From Novosphingobium sp. (GTDB lineage: Bacteria > Pseudomonadota > Alphaproteobacteria > Sphingomonadales > Sphingomonadaceae), in contig JANPMA010000299.1 of the NCBI GenBank assembly GCA_031422595.1, positions 3,003 through 67,002 on the forward strand: a DNA stretch of 64,000 nt, written 5' to 3'. The notes beneath the pieces are model-generated. The model ran no database searches and was not told the origin of the DNA. It was given only the letters and a program-made list of their open reading frames with translations. The position numbers were made by a program, and so were the translations under genes. Positions 24,101-32,362 of the stretch are shown here, one piece after another (position 1 is the first letter of the stretch; the number at the start of each line of letters is the position of its first letter).

Positions 24101-25157
24101 AGATCGAGCTGTGGCGCGGTTCACGGTCGTTGGCGTAGATCACATGGCAGCCCGAGCAGCCCGATCCGCGATAGTCGCCGGGCTGGTCGTTGGTCCCCAT
24201 GAACCACATGAAAGGATCGTTGAGCCTGGTCTTGTGGATGTTGAGCACCGGGATGGCGACCCTGAGGCCGGTCCCGGGACCGCGGTTCGATTGTTTGAGA
24301 TCCGGGCGTCCCGGTTCTTCCAGCCGCTGGATTGATCCAGTCGGATTGGGCAAGCCGACCTCGGCAAAGCCGGTGCCATTGTTGCGCCCCCCGTCCTCGA
24401 ACACCCGGAACACGTCACCCGGGGGCACTACATTCCAGCGCGGCAAGGGATAGAGCGCAGCCAGCGCCCCGCGCGCCGCCTGACGCTTGCTCAGCGTTCC
24501 AGGCGCAACCACCTTGGCCGGCTTGCCGTCGCGGGTATAGGCTTCGCCGAAGACGTAGTTCTTGAGCGGGACGATCCCGTTGTTATAGGCCGCGCCGCCC
24601 CACAGCATCGCCCCGCTCGACATCAGCGAGCGCTCGGCCGCTTCGATTGTCGGTAAATGACACGCACCGCAAGCTTCGCGGGCGACTCGGTAATCGCCCG
24701 GATTGACGAACCGGATAAACTCCGGCGCCTCGCGATTGAGCAGTGAATAGCTGCGTTGCGGGTTGGCGGATGAAGGGAAATGCCAAGCCCCGGGATATTG
24801 CGGCAGCACATGCGCGCGGTCACGCATCGCGGTGTAGGTGGAGTCATCGCGCGGCAGCGAGGGATTTCCGAGAATGCTTGCATCGCCGCCATGGCAGTCG
24901 GTGCAGCCCAGTCGCACCGCGGGCGATACGTGCATGGTCGGGGCTTCGGTCTTGACGTGGCACGACTGGCAGCCATCGGTCTTGGCAGCTGCCTGCTGTT
25001 CGGTTTGCTTTGCCGGGGCCGGTGGAGCCGTCACCAGCGCGTAGTTACGGACAATCTGCTTCTCACCCTCACTGGCCCGGATGCCGGAGGAATGGAGCAA
25101 GACGGCCATGGCGCAGGTCAATGTGGCAAGAGCCAGCAGGGCGCGCTGTATCGGCAT
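21111..25157 (-). CDS. Secreted decahaem c-type cytochrome fused to a C-terminal LVIVD-repeat beta-propeller
   Basis: 1348 aa with a signal peptide (LALATLTCAMAVLL). Ten CxxCH motifs: CQSCH, CTDCH, CGACH, CSGCH, CMSCH, CADCH x2, CFSCH, CGGCH and CSDCH. The last ~450 aa carry about six LVIVD-type repeats (GLILVDVD, GLVVVDLSDP, GLKLFDVTDL, GLVIVDVTRP, GMKVLQLTSP). Confidence 0.85.
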   Translation of the reverse strand: MPIQRALLALATLTCAMAVLLHSSGIRASEGEKQIVRNYALVTAPPAPAKQTEQQAAAKTDGCQSCHVKTEAPTMHVSPAVRLGCTDCHGGDASILGNPSLPRDDSTYTAMRDRAHVLPQYPGAWHFPSSANPQRSYSLLNREAPEFIRFVNPGDYRVAREACGACHLPTIEAAERSLMSSGAMLWGGAAYNNGIVPLKNYVFGEAYTRDGKPAKVVAPGTLSKRQAARGALAALYPLPRWNVVPPGDVFRVFEDGGRNNGTGFAEVGLPNPTGSIQRLEEPGRPDLKQSNRGPGTGLRVAIPVLNIHKTRLNDPFMWFMGTNDQPGDYRGSGCSGCHVIYANDREPRHSSIYAQFGRDGQSVTVDPTITSKTGNHGRLKGDHGSSDAGSDKESGHPLGHVFTRAIPTAQCMSCHMHQPNVFVNSFLGYTMWDYEADASSMWPGPENRSPRPPGMSDADYERLYKHQRYPDAATIRSINERNPEGAAASGLWGDLDFLRNVYDLNAGLKDTQFADYHSHGWNFRGVFKRDRAGNLLDAGGSMATWGTDKAHIVAPDDPEKWRTQGQGKFVQPGVNPGKTVHLMDIHAEKGMQCADCHFAQDSHGNGLIYGEVANAVEIGCADCHGTAEAYPKLLTSGPAAPPKGNNLALLRNPDGQRRFEWVNNEFGRRVLIQRSIVDPGLSWQVHLTKDSVDPASPYFNHKSARAKLMSRSGADDGSFGFGPGVPKADRAHQDDKIACFSCHLAWTTSCGGCHLPIEANWKSSVNRFEGEETRNFATYNPQVARDDMFQLGKHMTTKGGLVSPVRSSSALILSSTNSSRERIYAQQPPISSPGFSSQAFAPHFAHTVRTQETKTCSDCHVSMNEDNNAIMAQTLLLGTNYVNFVGLNAWTGLDGGLEAVRVTEWDEPQAVIGSYLQRYAYPDYYRMHVEQNSRELKNWTRGKTTASLGGGDSHPVEQFRNVVQGTPDKVGCLQLRGEYMFVAQGKGGFHVYDVAAIANKGFADPIISAPFAGDAQVDTADATCMALPTNQPIAPERNTQMMRDVNQEQPFLPIYNYAAITDSVEGLILVDVDTFSDGEFRNNKLHRAVTWNPDGVLNGARHIVLAGEVAYITATKGLVVVDLSDPLKPRLAAVRELVDARASALQFRYLWVTDRDGLKLFDVTDLRKPLAVPEATVPLADARRVYVARTYAYVAAKADGLVIVDVTRPRSPRIYQKVTFDGQLNDAEDVVVASTNASLIAYVADGRNGMKVLQLTSPESQRNFYGFSPAPMPELIAWAKTPSPAIAMSKGLDRDRAVDETGGQIAVFGRLGSRPFTRPEMERLFLNRSGLLYRVNDNGEMSAWRAGR

Positions 25158-27046
25158 CAGAAGGAGAATACCGTGTTGAGCAGCACTGAATAGTACCTGT
25201 TGTGGCGCTGCGCATTGTCGAACAGATCCTGAAACCCGCTGCCGGGGAGCAGCGCCGCAGCTGAGAGTCGCACGACGATGTTCTGCGTCGCTTTGGGCCG
25301 CCAGATCGTCGAGAGCGACAGGTCCCAGCCGATATCTCTTGGAATGCTGCCCTCATTCCGCAGATCCTGCAGCGTTGCGGTGTTGGCGAACCAAAGATGA
25401 TTTGCATTGACCGAGAGACGATAGGTCGGCCTCAGGTCGAAATCGCCGCCCAGCCCGACCAGCACCGTTCCGGGACTGTTGAAATTCGACTGGCCCTGTT
25501 CTTTGGACGAGCGCAGCGAATTGAGCACGCCATTGCGCCCGTTAAGCGCGACCGCCCGGCCGCCGCCGGCAAAGGGAATTGTCTGGCGAATCCAGTAAGA
25601 GGTGTCCGCCCCGGCAAAAACCGGGTTCTCGAACACTGCGTCGAAACCGCCTTCGGTGTTGTCACGCGGGCTACCGTCACCGCTGGCATAGAGTGCCGAG
25701 AGGCGGAAGCGTTTCCAGTCCTTGTCGTACGACAGCTCGCCTGCTGCAAACCCTGCCTGGATCTTGGCCCGGCTGCCGGTGAAGAAGCTGTTCCGATCCT
25801 GCCCCAGCGCGAGATAGGTCGATCCGGTAAAGCCGAAGCGGCCAATCCGGCCGTCGGTGTTGTAGCCGAGATAGACCACATCGTAATCGCGTCCGCGCAG
25901 CGTGCCCAGCAATGCGGGCCGCACCGGGAACCCGTTGTCGTCGACCTTGATCCGGCCACCTTCGCGATTGCGGTTGTAAATCACGGTCAGCTGGCTGGTC
26001 AGCGCGGGAAGCGGAAAATCCTGGCGATAGAGATTGGCAACGAACACCCAGTCATTGCGCGGGCGCTCGGTCACGTTGTTGAGCCCCGAATTGGTGTCCT
26101 TCTCCAGCCGCCAGAAAGCAGCGAGGTTGTATTGCCAGCGGTTGCCGTCGCGGTTGCCGAAGAAGCGCACACCAAGTTGATTATCGTTGAACAGAAAGCC
26201 GCGAAAATCGGACTGGAATGGCTGAATTCCAACCCGCACCGAATCGAAATCATAGCGCACCGAGACGTTGCGCAGGTGGTAGTCGACGAACAATTCCTGG
26301 AGGCCGACGAAGTGGTCGGCGCGGTGGCTCGGTTTCGAGGGATCGACCGACAGCACCCTCCGCTCAGGCACGTCGACGTAGTTGAAATTGAACCCCAGCG
26401 CGATCCGGTATTCGATTTCGGGCGGCTTGAATGCGGTGTTGCCCTTGGTCAGCGAAGCCCCGACCAGGAAAGTCTGCGAAAAGACATAGCTCGCACCCTT
26501 GCCGAACACATCGAGGCTACCGGGTCGCTCGGTGGTCTGGACGCCGACCGGGATCGGGAACGTGCGCGGCTCGAGCACCGTGTCCGAGACCAGACTAAGC
26601 GTCAGAAACCAGTCATCCCCCTTCAGAAATCCGGGCCGCTTGCCCTCGGACAAAGGCAGATCGCCCTTGAGCAGGTTCTGGTGAAAGGGATCACGCTTCG
26701 AATGGCAGACCTGACGCAGATTTGGATAGAGCCTGAGCAGCGACTGGTCGGCCCCCTTGGCCGGGCACAAGCCGGTCATGATCCGCCAACGATCGGGCAC
26801 GGGAATCTGATCTGTCGGGAAAGCCTCGGGTGGAGGCGCTCGCACCGCGCCGGGGTTATCCTGCGAAACCGGCTCGGGCAAGCTGCGCTCGAAGCCCGGT
26901 CGGCGGCGGCCTTCGATCACCTGAGGGTCGACTTCCGGCGGACTTGCAACGTCGGAATCGGCGACAGGTGGCGACGGTGGAGGGGGCGGTCCCGGATTCG
27001 CCGCCTGGGCCAGCAGCAGCGGCAGCAAAAGCGCGCCCGCCCCCAT
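25157..27046 (-). CDS. Outer-membrane beta-barrel protein with a Pro-rich N-terminal linker (candidate porin partner of the cytochromes)
   Basis: 629 aa. A signal peptide is followed by NPGPPPPPSPP... The body is rich in G/Y/N/D/F/R and has an alternating-strand character. It ends ...LLNTVFSF, a C-terminal Phe OMP signature. Its start and stop codons overlap both neighbours by 1 nt. Confidence 0.65.
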   Translation of the reverse strand: MGAGALLLPLLLAQAANPGPPPPPSPPVADSDVASPPEVDPQVIEGRRRPGFERSLPEPVSQDNPGAVRAPPPEAFPTDQIPVPDRWRIMTGLCPAKGADQSLLRLYPNLRQVCHSKRDPFHQNLLKGDLPLSEGKRPGFLKGDDWFLTLSLVSDTVLEPRTFPIPVGVQTTERPGSLDVFGKGASYVFSQTFLVGASLTKGNTAFKPPEIEYRIALGFNFNYVDVPERRVLSVDPSKPSHRADHFVGLQELFVDYHLRNVSVRYDFDSVRVGIQPFQSDFRGFLFNDNQLGVRFFGNRDGNRWQYNLAAFWRLEKDTNSGLNNVTERPRNDWVFVANLYRQDFPLPALTSQLTVIYNRNREGGRIKVDDNGFPVRPALLGTLRGRDYDVVYLGYNTDGRIGRFGFTGSTYLALGQDRNSFFTGSRAKIQAGFAAGELSYDKDWKRFRLSALYASGDGSPRDNTEGGFDAVFENPVFAGADTSYWIRQTIPFAGGGRAVALNGRNGVLNSLRSSKEQGQSNFNSPGTVLVGLGGDFDLRPTYRLSVNANHLWFANTATLQDLRNEGSIPRDIGWDLSLSTIWRPKATQNIVVRLSAAALLPGSGFQDLFDNAQRHNRYYSVLLNTVFSF

Positions 27047-29028
27047 TACAAGCCTTGGCAGACATTCTGCGCGTCGCTGCCGATAAACGGCGCGAAGGGA
27101 CAGCTGACATAGCGCAGCCGCGCCGACGCGCCGCCACCAAGGTCGAAGACAAGCGTATCGGCGCGAACCGCTGCAGGCGCATTGCCGAGCGTGCCCAATG
27201 CGGTGGCAGCGTTGTTCAGCCCCAGGAACGCAATCATGTCATCCTGATCGATACCGTCTCCCGAAACCCCAATCGCCCCGATCAGCTTGTTCCCTCGATA
27301 GACTGGCACTCCGCCGGCAAAGATCTGTATTCCGTTCTGCAAGCGATTTTGGCCGGGCGTTGCATCGGGAATGAAGCTGCACCGTGCCGGGGTATCGATG
27401 CCGCTCGCACCGGCGACATAGTTCAGGTGCTGGCCCAGGTTGGACAGCACCAGCGCGGATTGCAGCCCGGTCGAGAACGGGCTCCACTTCGCAATCGGGC
27501 GCGACAGGGGTCCGTTGGGACGCGCGACCTCGCCATCGGGAAAATACGGCCGTGACAGGTTACCCATCGCGCGGGCAGACAGCGCCAACTGCCCGGTAAG
27601 CGCGGCCGGATCGGCGAAGAAGCTGCGCATCGCAGGAACGAAGCTGCGCACATCGGGGCTGGGATCGGCCAGCAGCTGCGCGGCGGCGTTGGGATTGGTG
27701 AAGAAGGCCGCCGTGCGCGCCTTCTGCAACGACACGTCGATTCCAAACACGGGTGCATCGGGTGAGCGGACCAGCCCCAATGGCACACCGCGTGTGTCGA
27801 CGAGCGCAATGGTCACTTGCGCCCGGCTGTCGAGCGGCTGCCGGATCTGGGCTCGGGCATGGGCCATCGTGCTGAATGCCTGCTCGAGAATGCGTTGCGA
27901 TTCGAGTGCACTGATCGGCGTGCCGACTTCGGCGCCGTCACTGCCCGCGCGCAGCGGAAAGCGGTTGATGCCCGAGCCGTCGCTCAGGACGAACGCATCG
28001 CCGGTGGTAAACTCGGCAGCGGTCGCCGGGCGCACCCCGGATGCTTCGCTGCCATATGCTGCGCCAGACAGGACCGCCGCGACAGGGTAATAGCCGGTCA
28101 CCGGGGTCAACCCACCCAATGCCGGAACGGTAGCGGCATAGGTCGCCCCGGCCAGATTGGTCAGGTTGGCATAATCGGTGTCGGTATAACGCAGCAAAGT
28201 GCCGTCGACCGAAATCCGGTTCGCGCGCACATCGACTGGCGCTTCAAACCCGACGGTGCCGGCCAGACCACTGCGCTCGTCGGTGTCGCTGTCGACATCG
28301 AGCACATTCGGGTCAAAGCCATAAACTCCATCGCCCGAAACGCCGACCCCGCCGACGACCACCCCGTTCTTGTACAGCGGGAAGCCGCCTGGATCGGCCG
28401 AAAGCCCCAGCGGCGAGCGCTTTGGTCCGATCATGTTGGCCGGACCGGGTGCCAGCCTCGCGGCGAGGTCGGAACAGGGCAATTGGCTGAATTGTACCCC
28501 GAACAACGGGCCGCTCTCCAGCCCGACGGTCGAGGGTGCAGGCGGAAAGCGCTGCTGCACGATCATGCTTGCGGTGCGCGTGGAAAAAGCGTTGCCGCTG
28601 CTCGAAAGGTAAGCCCCGGTGATCGCCTTGGCGATCGCGGCGGCTTCGGCCGGCACGTTCAGGCCCTGGATGTCCTGCTGTGAACCATCCATCGCTTTCG
28701 GTATCGCGGCGAGAGCAGGAGCACCCGTCATACGCAGCATGGCGAGCACATTGCCGACCCGGTCAGTTACCGCGATCACTGCCGGACGGTTGTCCGCATG
28801 CGCCTGCGCAGCGGCCTCAGCCAAGACCTTTTGCACGTCCGCAACCGAAAGCGATTCCGCAGCCGGAGCGGTATAGAATGATCCCGCCGTCGGGGGCGGA
28901 GATGGAGAAGGAGTCGGGGTAACACCGCCGCCCCCGCCCGAGCCGCCGCTGGCCCCTCCACCGCCGCCACAAGCAGCAAGGTTGAGCAAGGCAATCCAGC
29001 CCAGAATCTGCGCCGCAAGCTTCTTCAT
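27046..29028 (-). CDS. Lipoprotein with two GlcG/HbpS-type (DUF336) putative haem/corrinoid-binding domains
   Basis: Lipobox LNLAAC is followed by a Gly/Ser/Pro linker. Domain 1 is around PAVIAVTDRVGNVLAM. Domain 2 is IALVDTRGVPLGLV...FAGGVPVYRGNKLIGAIGVSGDGIDQDDMIA, the canonical DUF336 C-terminal motif. Confidence 0.75.
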   Translation of the reverse strand: MKKLAAQILGWIALLNLAACGGGGGASGGSGGGGGVTPTPSPSPPPTAGSFYTAPAAESLSVADVQKVLAEAAAQAHADNRPAVIAVTDRVGNVLAMLRMTGAPALAAIPKAMDGSQQDIQGLNVPAEAAAIAKAITGAYLSSSGNAFSTRTASMIVQQRFPPAPSTVGLESGPLFGVQFSQLPCSDLAARLAPGPANMIGPKRSPLGLSADPGGFPLYKNGVVVGGVGVSGDGVYGFDPNVLDVDSDTDERSGLAGTVGFEAPVDVRANRISVDGTLLRYTDTDYANLTNLAGATYAATVPALGGLTPVTGYYPVAAVLSGAAYGSEASGVRPATAAEFTTGDAFVLSDGSGINRFPLRAGSDGAEVGTPISALESQRILEQAFSTMAHARAQIRQPLDSRAQVTIALVDTRGVPLGLVRSPDAPVFGIDVSLQKARTAAFFTNPNAAAQLLADPSPDVRSFVPAMRSFFADPAALTGQLALSARAMGNLSRPYFPDGEVARPNGPLSRPIAKWSPFSTGLQSALVLSNLGQHLNYVAGASGIDTPARCSFIPDATPGQNRLQNGIQIFAGGVPVYRGNKLIGAIGVSGDGIDQDDMIAFLGLNNAATALGTLGNAPAAVRADTLVFDLGGGASARLRYVSCPFAPFIGSDAQNVCQGL

Positions 29029-30380
29029 CGCAGCGCACCGATCGCATTGACAGCTTGCCGCAGCGCTGCCCGAAAAGCACCCGGATCATATTCTGCAGGA
29101 CTCGCTACGGCGGCGTAGGCACGGTTGATGCTGGCGCGAATCCCGGCTGCGGCGCCGACCGTGACCCGGCCCTCGCGGACCAGCAGGTTGAGCAGCGTAT
29201 CAACTGCCATCACCGACTGGGCCGACCCGGCGTAGTCGGTGAAGCGAACCGAGATTGCCCGCCCCCCGATCGCTGCGATGACCTGGAAAGCAGTATCGCT
29301 ACCGCCCGGCCCGCGCGCAACCGCGTCTCCGAGCGCACTTGCCGCTGCAACCAGCCGGCCCGCTGCAGCCACCGCCTCCGGGCGCCCTTTTTCCATCGCG
29401 GCGTGGAAATTGCGGGCGGCTGCATCGAACTGCGCGGCTTCGCGCGGCGCCAGAACCTGGGCCACGGCCGAGAGCATGATGATGTTCTCATCGTTGAAAG
29501 GCGGTTGACCGAATGGGATCGGCCGAGCCGGATTTGTCTCAAACGTCCGCGCCCGCTGCGGATTGTCGTCGATCCCGCGATGGCAGCTGTGGCAATCGTA
29601 AAAGGTGAATTCCGGGAATATCCCGTTGCTGGCCAGGTCTGACTGCCGAAACAAGCTGAGCGAGCGCTGTACTGCCTCGGCCTGTCCCACCGCCCACAGC
29701 CGGACGCTGTCGTTCGAGGGCTTACGCGCGGTGTAGTCGGCGTCCACGTCCCAATGCTGTTGCAGCGAGGAGAACAGGTCGAGTTCGAACGAAAGCCGGG
29801 GATGTCCCGCTGCCATCATCGCATGCGTTACGAACTGGCCAGGCTTGCCGCTGCCCAAATGGCAATCGAGACAAACCGCAGCGCGCACCTTGGGGTTGTC
29901 GAGCGCGCTCATGCCGCCAGCCACGTTGCCAGCATGGCTCGCCCCAACCGCATAGTGACTGGCAATCCAGCCCGATGCCGGGCCGTGGCAGCCTTCGCAG
30001 CCCACCCCGTCGGAAATCAGGAAGCGGTCGCCGCGCGCGCCTGCCGGGGTGGCATGGCAACCGAGGCAAGCCGCCGCCGAGCCGGCCCGGCCAAGCCCCA
30101 GAGTGCTTGCGATCCGTTCACCGCGCAGCGATACAAGCGCCGCGTAGGTACGGCTGTGTGCGCCGCCCCGCGACGCGGGTTCCTGCCACAACCTGAGTTC
30201 ATCCTGGCGGACAACCTTGCCATCACCATCAGCACGGCCGTGGCAGGTCGAACCGGCGCAGTTGGCGACGCCTTCATAGCGGCCGGAAGCGAGGGCTGCT
30301 CCAGTTGCCGCGCCGGCAAGCGCAGCCATGCCAAGCAGCGCAGCCAGCCTGCGACGAACGGCAGTTCCGAAAGTCGGCAT
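29025..30380 (-). CDS. Secreted multihaem c-type cytochrome (c554 / multihaem family-like)
   Basis: I chose the ATG at 30380 because GGAGGG lies 4 nt upstream. Signal peptide is LAALLGMAALAGAATGAALA. Motifs are CLGCH, CEGCH, CLDCH and CHSCH plus a CAGSTCH (Cx4CH) site. The stop overlaps the next start (ATGA). Confidence 0.8.
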   Translation of the reverse strand: MPTFGTAVRRRLAALLGMAALAGAATGAALASGRYEGVANCAGSTCHGRADGDGKVVRQDELRLWQEPASRGGAHSRTYAALVSLRGERIASTLGLGRAGSAAACLGCHATPAGARGDRFLISDGVGCEGCHGPASGWIASHYAVGASHAGNVAGGMSALDNPKVRAAVCLDCHLGSGKPGQFVTHAMMAAGHPRLSFELDLFSSLQQHWDVDADYTARKPSNDSVRLWAVGQAEAVQRSLSLFRQSDLASNGIFPEFTFYDCHSCHRGIDDNPQRARTFETNPARPIPFGQPPFNDENIIMLSAVAQVLAPREAAQFDAAARNFHAAMEKGRPEAVAAAGRLVAAASALGDAVARGPGGSDTAFQVIAAIGGRAISVRFTDYAGSAQSVMAVDTLLNLLVREGRVTVGAAAGIRASINRAYAAVASPAEYDPGAFRAALRQAVNAIGALR

Positions 30381-30491
30381 GTTGCCCTCCAACCGGTCGC
30401 CAGTCTGGCATGCCGGGCCGGTCGGAGCAAGCATGTCGTCGCGGCTTTGCCCCGTTGCCACCCTGCCCGGTGCAGCCCATAGTCACTTGCG

Positions 30492-32348
30492 ATGGGCACA
30501 GGTTTGCGAATGATGATACGCCGCCTGCCGGGCGGGCGCTGGCTAGCGCTGGCAGCCGTATTTGCACTGCTGGCATTCGCCGATTACGGCAGGATCGATG
30601 CGACCCGGATCATCGACCAGCGCGGTGGAGATCTGCTGCTGGCACTTAACGCGCAGCGCAGGCCGCAGTCCGACCAGGTCGTGATCGTCGATATCGATCA
30701 GAAATCGCTCGAAGACATGAATGACGATGCCGGTTCCTGGCCCTGGCCGCGCTCGGTTCATGGCGAATTGATCGAGCACATTGCAGCGCAAAAACCGCAG
30801 GCCATCGTGTTCGATATATTGTTCAACGAACCTGACGTGTTCCGGCCCGAACACGATGCCGCGTTCGCCGCTGCGGTGGCGCAGCATCCCAACGTCTGGC
30901 TGGCGATGACGCTCAATTCAAACGGTACTGGCGCGGTGGTTAGCGATCTGCCGCCGGCGGTCGGGGCTCGGCCGATTGGAAATCCGAGACCCGGTACCCG
31001 GTTACCGATCATGCTGCCGCTGGTGGTTGCGCAATATCCCGAAGCGATGCGCGGCGGGCTGATCAATTTTACCCCTGACAGCGATGGAACCGCGCGGCAC
31101 CATCAGCTCCAAACCGATCGCGACGGCTGGCGCTTTCCCTCGCTGGCTGCACGCGTGACCGCTGATGCTGGACGCTCGCTGCCCGATACCAGCCAGGTCA
31201 TGCTCAACTGGCGCAGCGGGTGGCGGCACTTGTCCTACTCAAACGTCTACCTCGACAGTCTGCGGCGCCAATCGCAGCGACCAATGGACGAGTTCAAAGG
31301 CAAGATCGTGGTGATCGGCACCGCCGCACCAGGCCTGACCGATTTTCGCGTGGCCCCGCTCGGAAGCACTTACCCGGGGGTCGAGATCCTCGCCACTGCG
31401 CTTGACAACCTAGCCCGAGGCGACTGGCTGCGCGAGGTACGGCGGCCAGGCATGCTGCCCCTGGCCCTTGGGTTGATCGGCTTGTTGGCGCTGGGCTTTA
31501 CCCGCAACGTCAGCCCGCAACGCCTGTTGTTGGCGATGATCGCGATAACACTTGCTGCCATCGCAACGACCTGGCTGATCCTTGTTAGTGGCACGTTCGT
31601 GCCAGTATTTGGCGCTTTGGCATTTGGCTGGGTCTATTACCTGGTCGCAAGCGGTCTTGCCTACCTCGACGAGCGCGCCCGACGGCTCCGGACCGCCAGC
31701 CTGTTTACCCGCTTCCTCGATGCGCGCGTGGTTGCCGAGTTGATCGACAAGGGTGAGATCGACTTCCGGCAGCAGGCCCAGTCCCGCGAGATTTCGGTGC
31801 TGTTCTCGGACATCCGAGGGTTCACCGCATTGTCCGAAGTGTCCGCGCCGGAAGCCGTAGTTGCGATGCTCAATGACTATTTCTCACGGCAGGTGGGGGT
31901 GATCTTCGCGCATGGCGGGACGCTCGACAAATTCATCGGCGATGCGATCATGGCGTTCTGGGGCGCGCCTGCTGCGCAAGAAGATCACGCCGCCCGGGCA
32001 ATTGCCGCCGCGCTGGAAATGTCGGAGACGCTGGAAGGGCTGCGCGCACAGCTTGGCGGCATCGGTGCCGATCTCGAAATCGGCATCGGAATCCACTCGG
32101 GCGGCGCAGTTGTCGGGCTGATCGGATCGAAGGACCGGCTCGACTACACCGCAATCGGCGACACGGTAAACCTCGCCAGCCGGGTCGAGAGTACGACCAA
32201 GGGAATCGCCCGGGTACTGATTACCGAAGCGACCCGCGCTGCGGCCGGCGATATGTTCGAATACCGCGACTGCGGCGTACACCGGGTCAAGGGCCGCGCG
32301 GAAGGCGTTCGCCTATTTGAACCCTTCCGCAAAGCTGTTACGCTCTGA
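30492..32348 (+). CDS. CHASE2-sensor class III adenylate/guanylate cyclase (cyclase 1)
   Basis: An N-terminal TM is followed by a periplasmic CHASE2-like region (VVIVDIDQKSL...WPWPRS), about 3 further TMs and the catalytic domain (VLFSDIRGFT, DKFIGDAIMAFWGAP, DYTAIGDTVNLASRVES). The start could instead be the ATG at 30510. Confidence 0.85.
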   Translation: MGTGLRMMIRRLPGGRWLALAAVFALLAFADYGRIDATRIIDQRGGDLLLALNAQRRPQSDQVVIVDIDQKSLEDMNDDAGSWPWPRSVHGELIEHIAAQKPQAIVFDILFNEPDVFRPEHDAAFAAAVAQHPNVWLAMTLNSNGTGAVVSDLPPAVGARPIGNPRPGTRLPIMLPLVVAQYPEAMRGGLINFTPDSDGTARHHQLQTDRDGWRFPSLAARVTADAGRSLPDTSQVMLNWRSGWRHLSYSNVYLDSLRRQSQRPMDEFKGKIVVIGTAAPGLTDFRVAPLGSTYPGVEILATALDNLARGDWLREVRRPGMLPLALGLIGLLALGFTRNVSPQRLLLAMIAITLAAIATTWLILVSGTFVPVFGALAFGWVYYLVASGLAYLDERARRLRTASLFTRFLDARVVAELIDKGEIDFRQQAQSREISVLFSDIRGFTALSEVSAPEAVVAMLNDYFSRQVGVIFAHGGTLDKFIGDAIMAFWGAPAAQEDHAARAIAAALEMSETLEGLRAQLGGIGADLEIGIGIHSGGAVVGLIGSKDRLDYTAIGDTVNLASRVESTTKGIARVLITEATRAAAGDMFEYRDCGVHRVKGRAEGVRLFEPFRKAVTL

Positions 32349-32362
32349 CCACAGATCGGAGT

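Noticed and set aside
28900-28975. A G/C-rich repetitive DNA stretch (gccgcc/ggcggc runs), considered as a tandem repeat element.
   Set aside because: It encodes the Gly/Ser/Pro low-complexity tether (GGGGGASGGSGGGGGVTPTPSPSPPP) that follows the lipobox cysteine of the lipoprotein. It is not an independent repeat feature.
30381-30491. Looked for CRP/Crp-Fnr (TGTGA-N6-TCACA) or sigma-54 (TGGCAC-N5-TTGC) sites in the divergent promoter between the cytochrome operon and the cyclase operon. The 15052-15192 region was searched as well.
   Set aside because: I found only partial half-site resemblances (TGGCATG, TAGTCAC) and no convincing full site by eye. A matrix scan would be needed to settle this.
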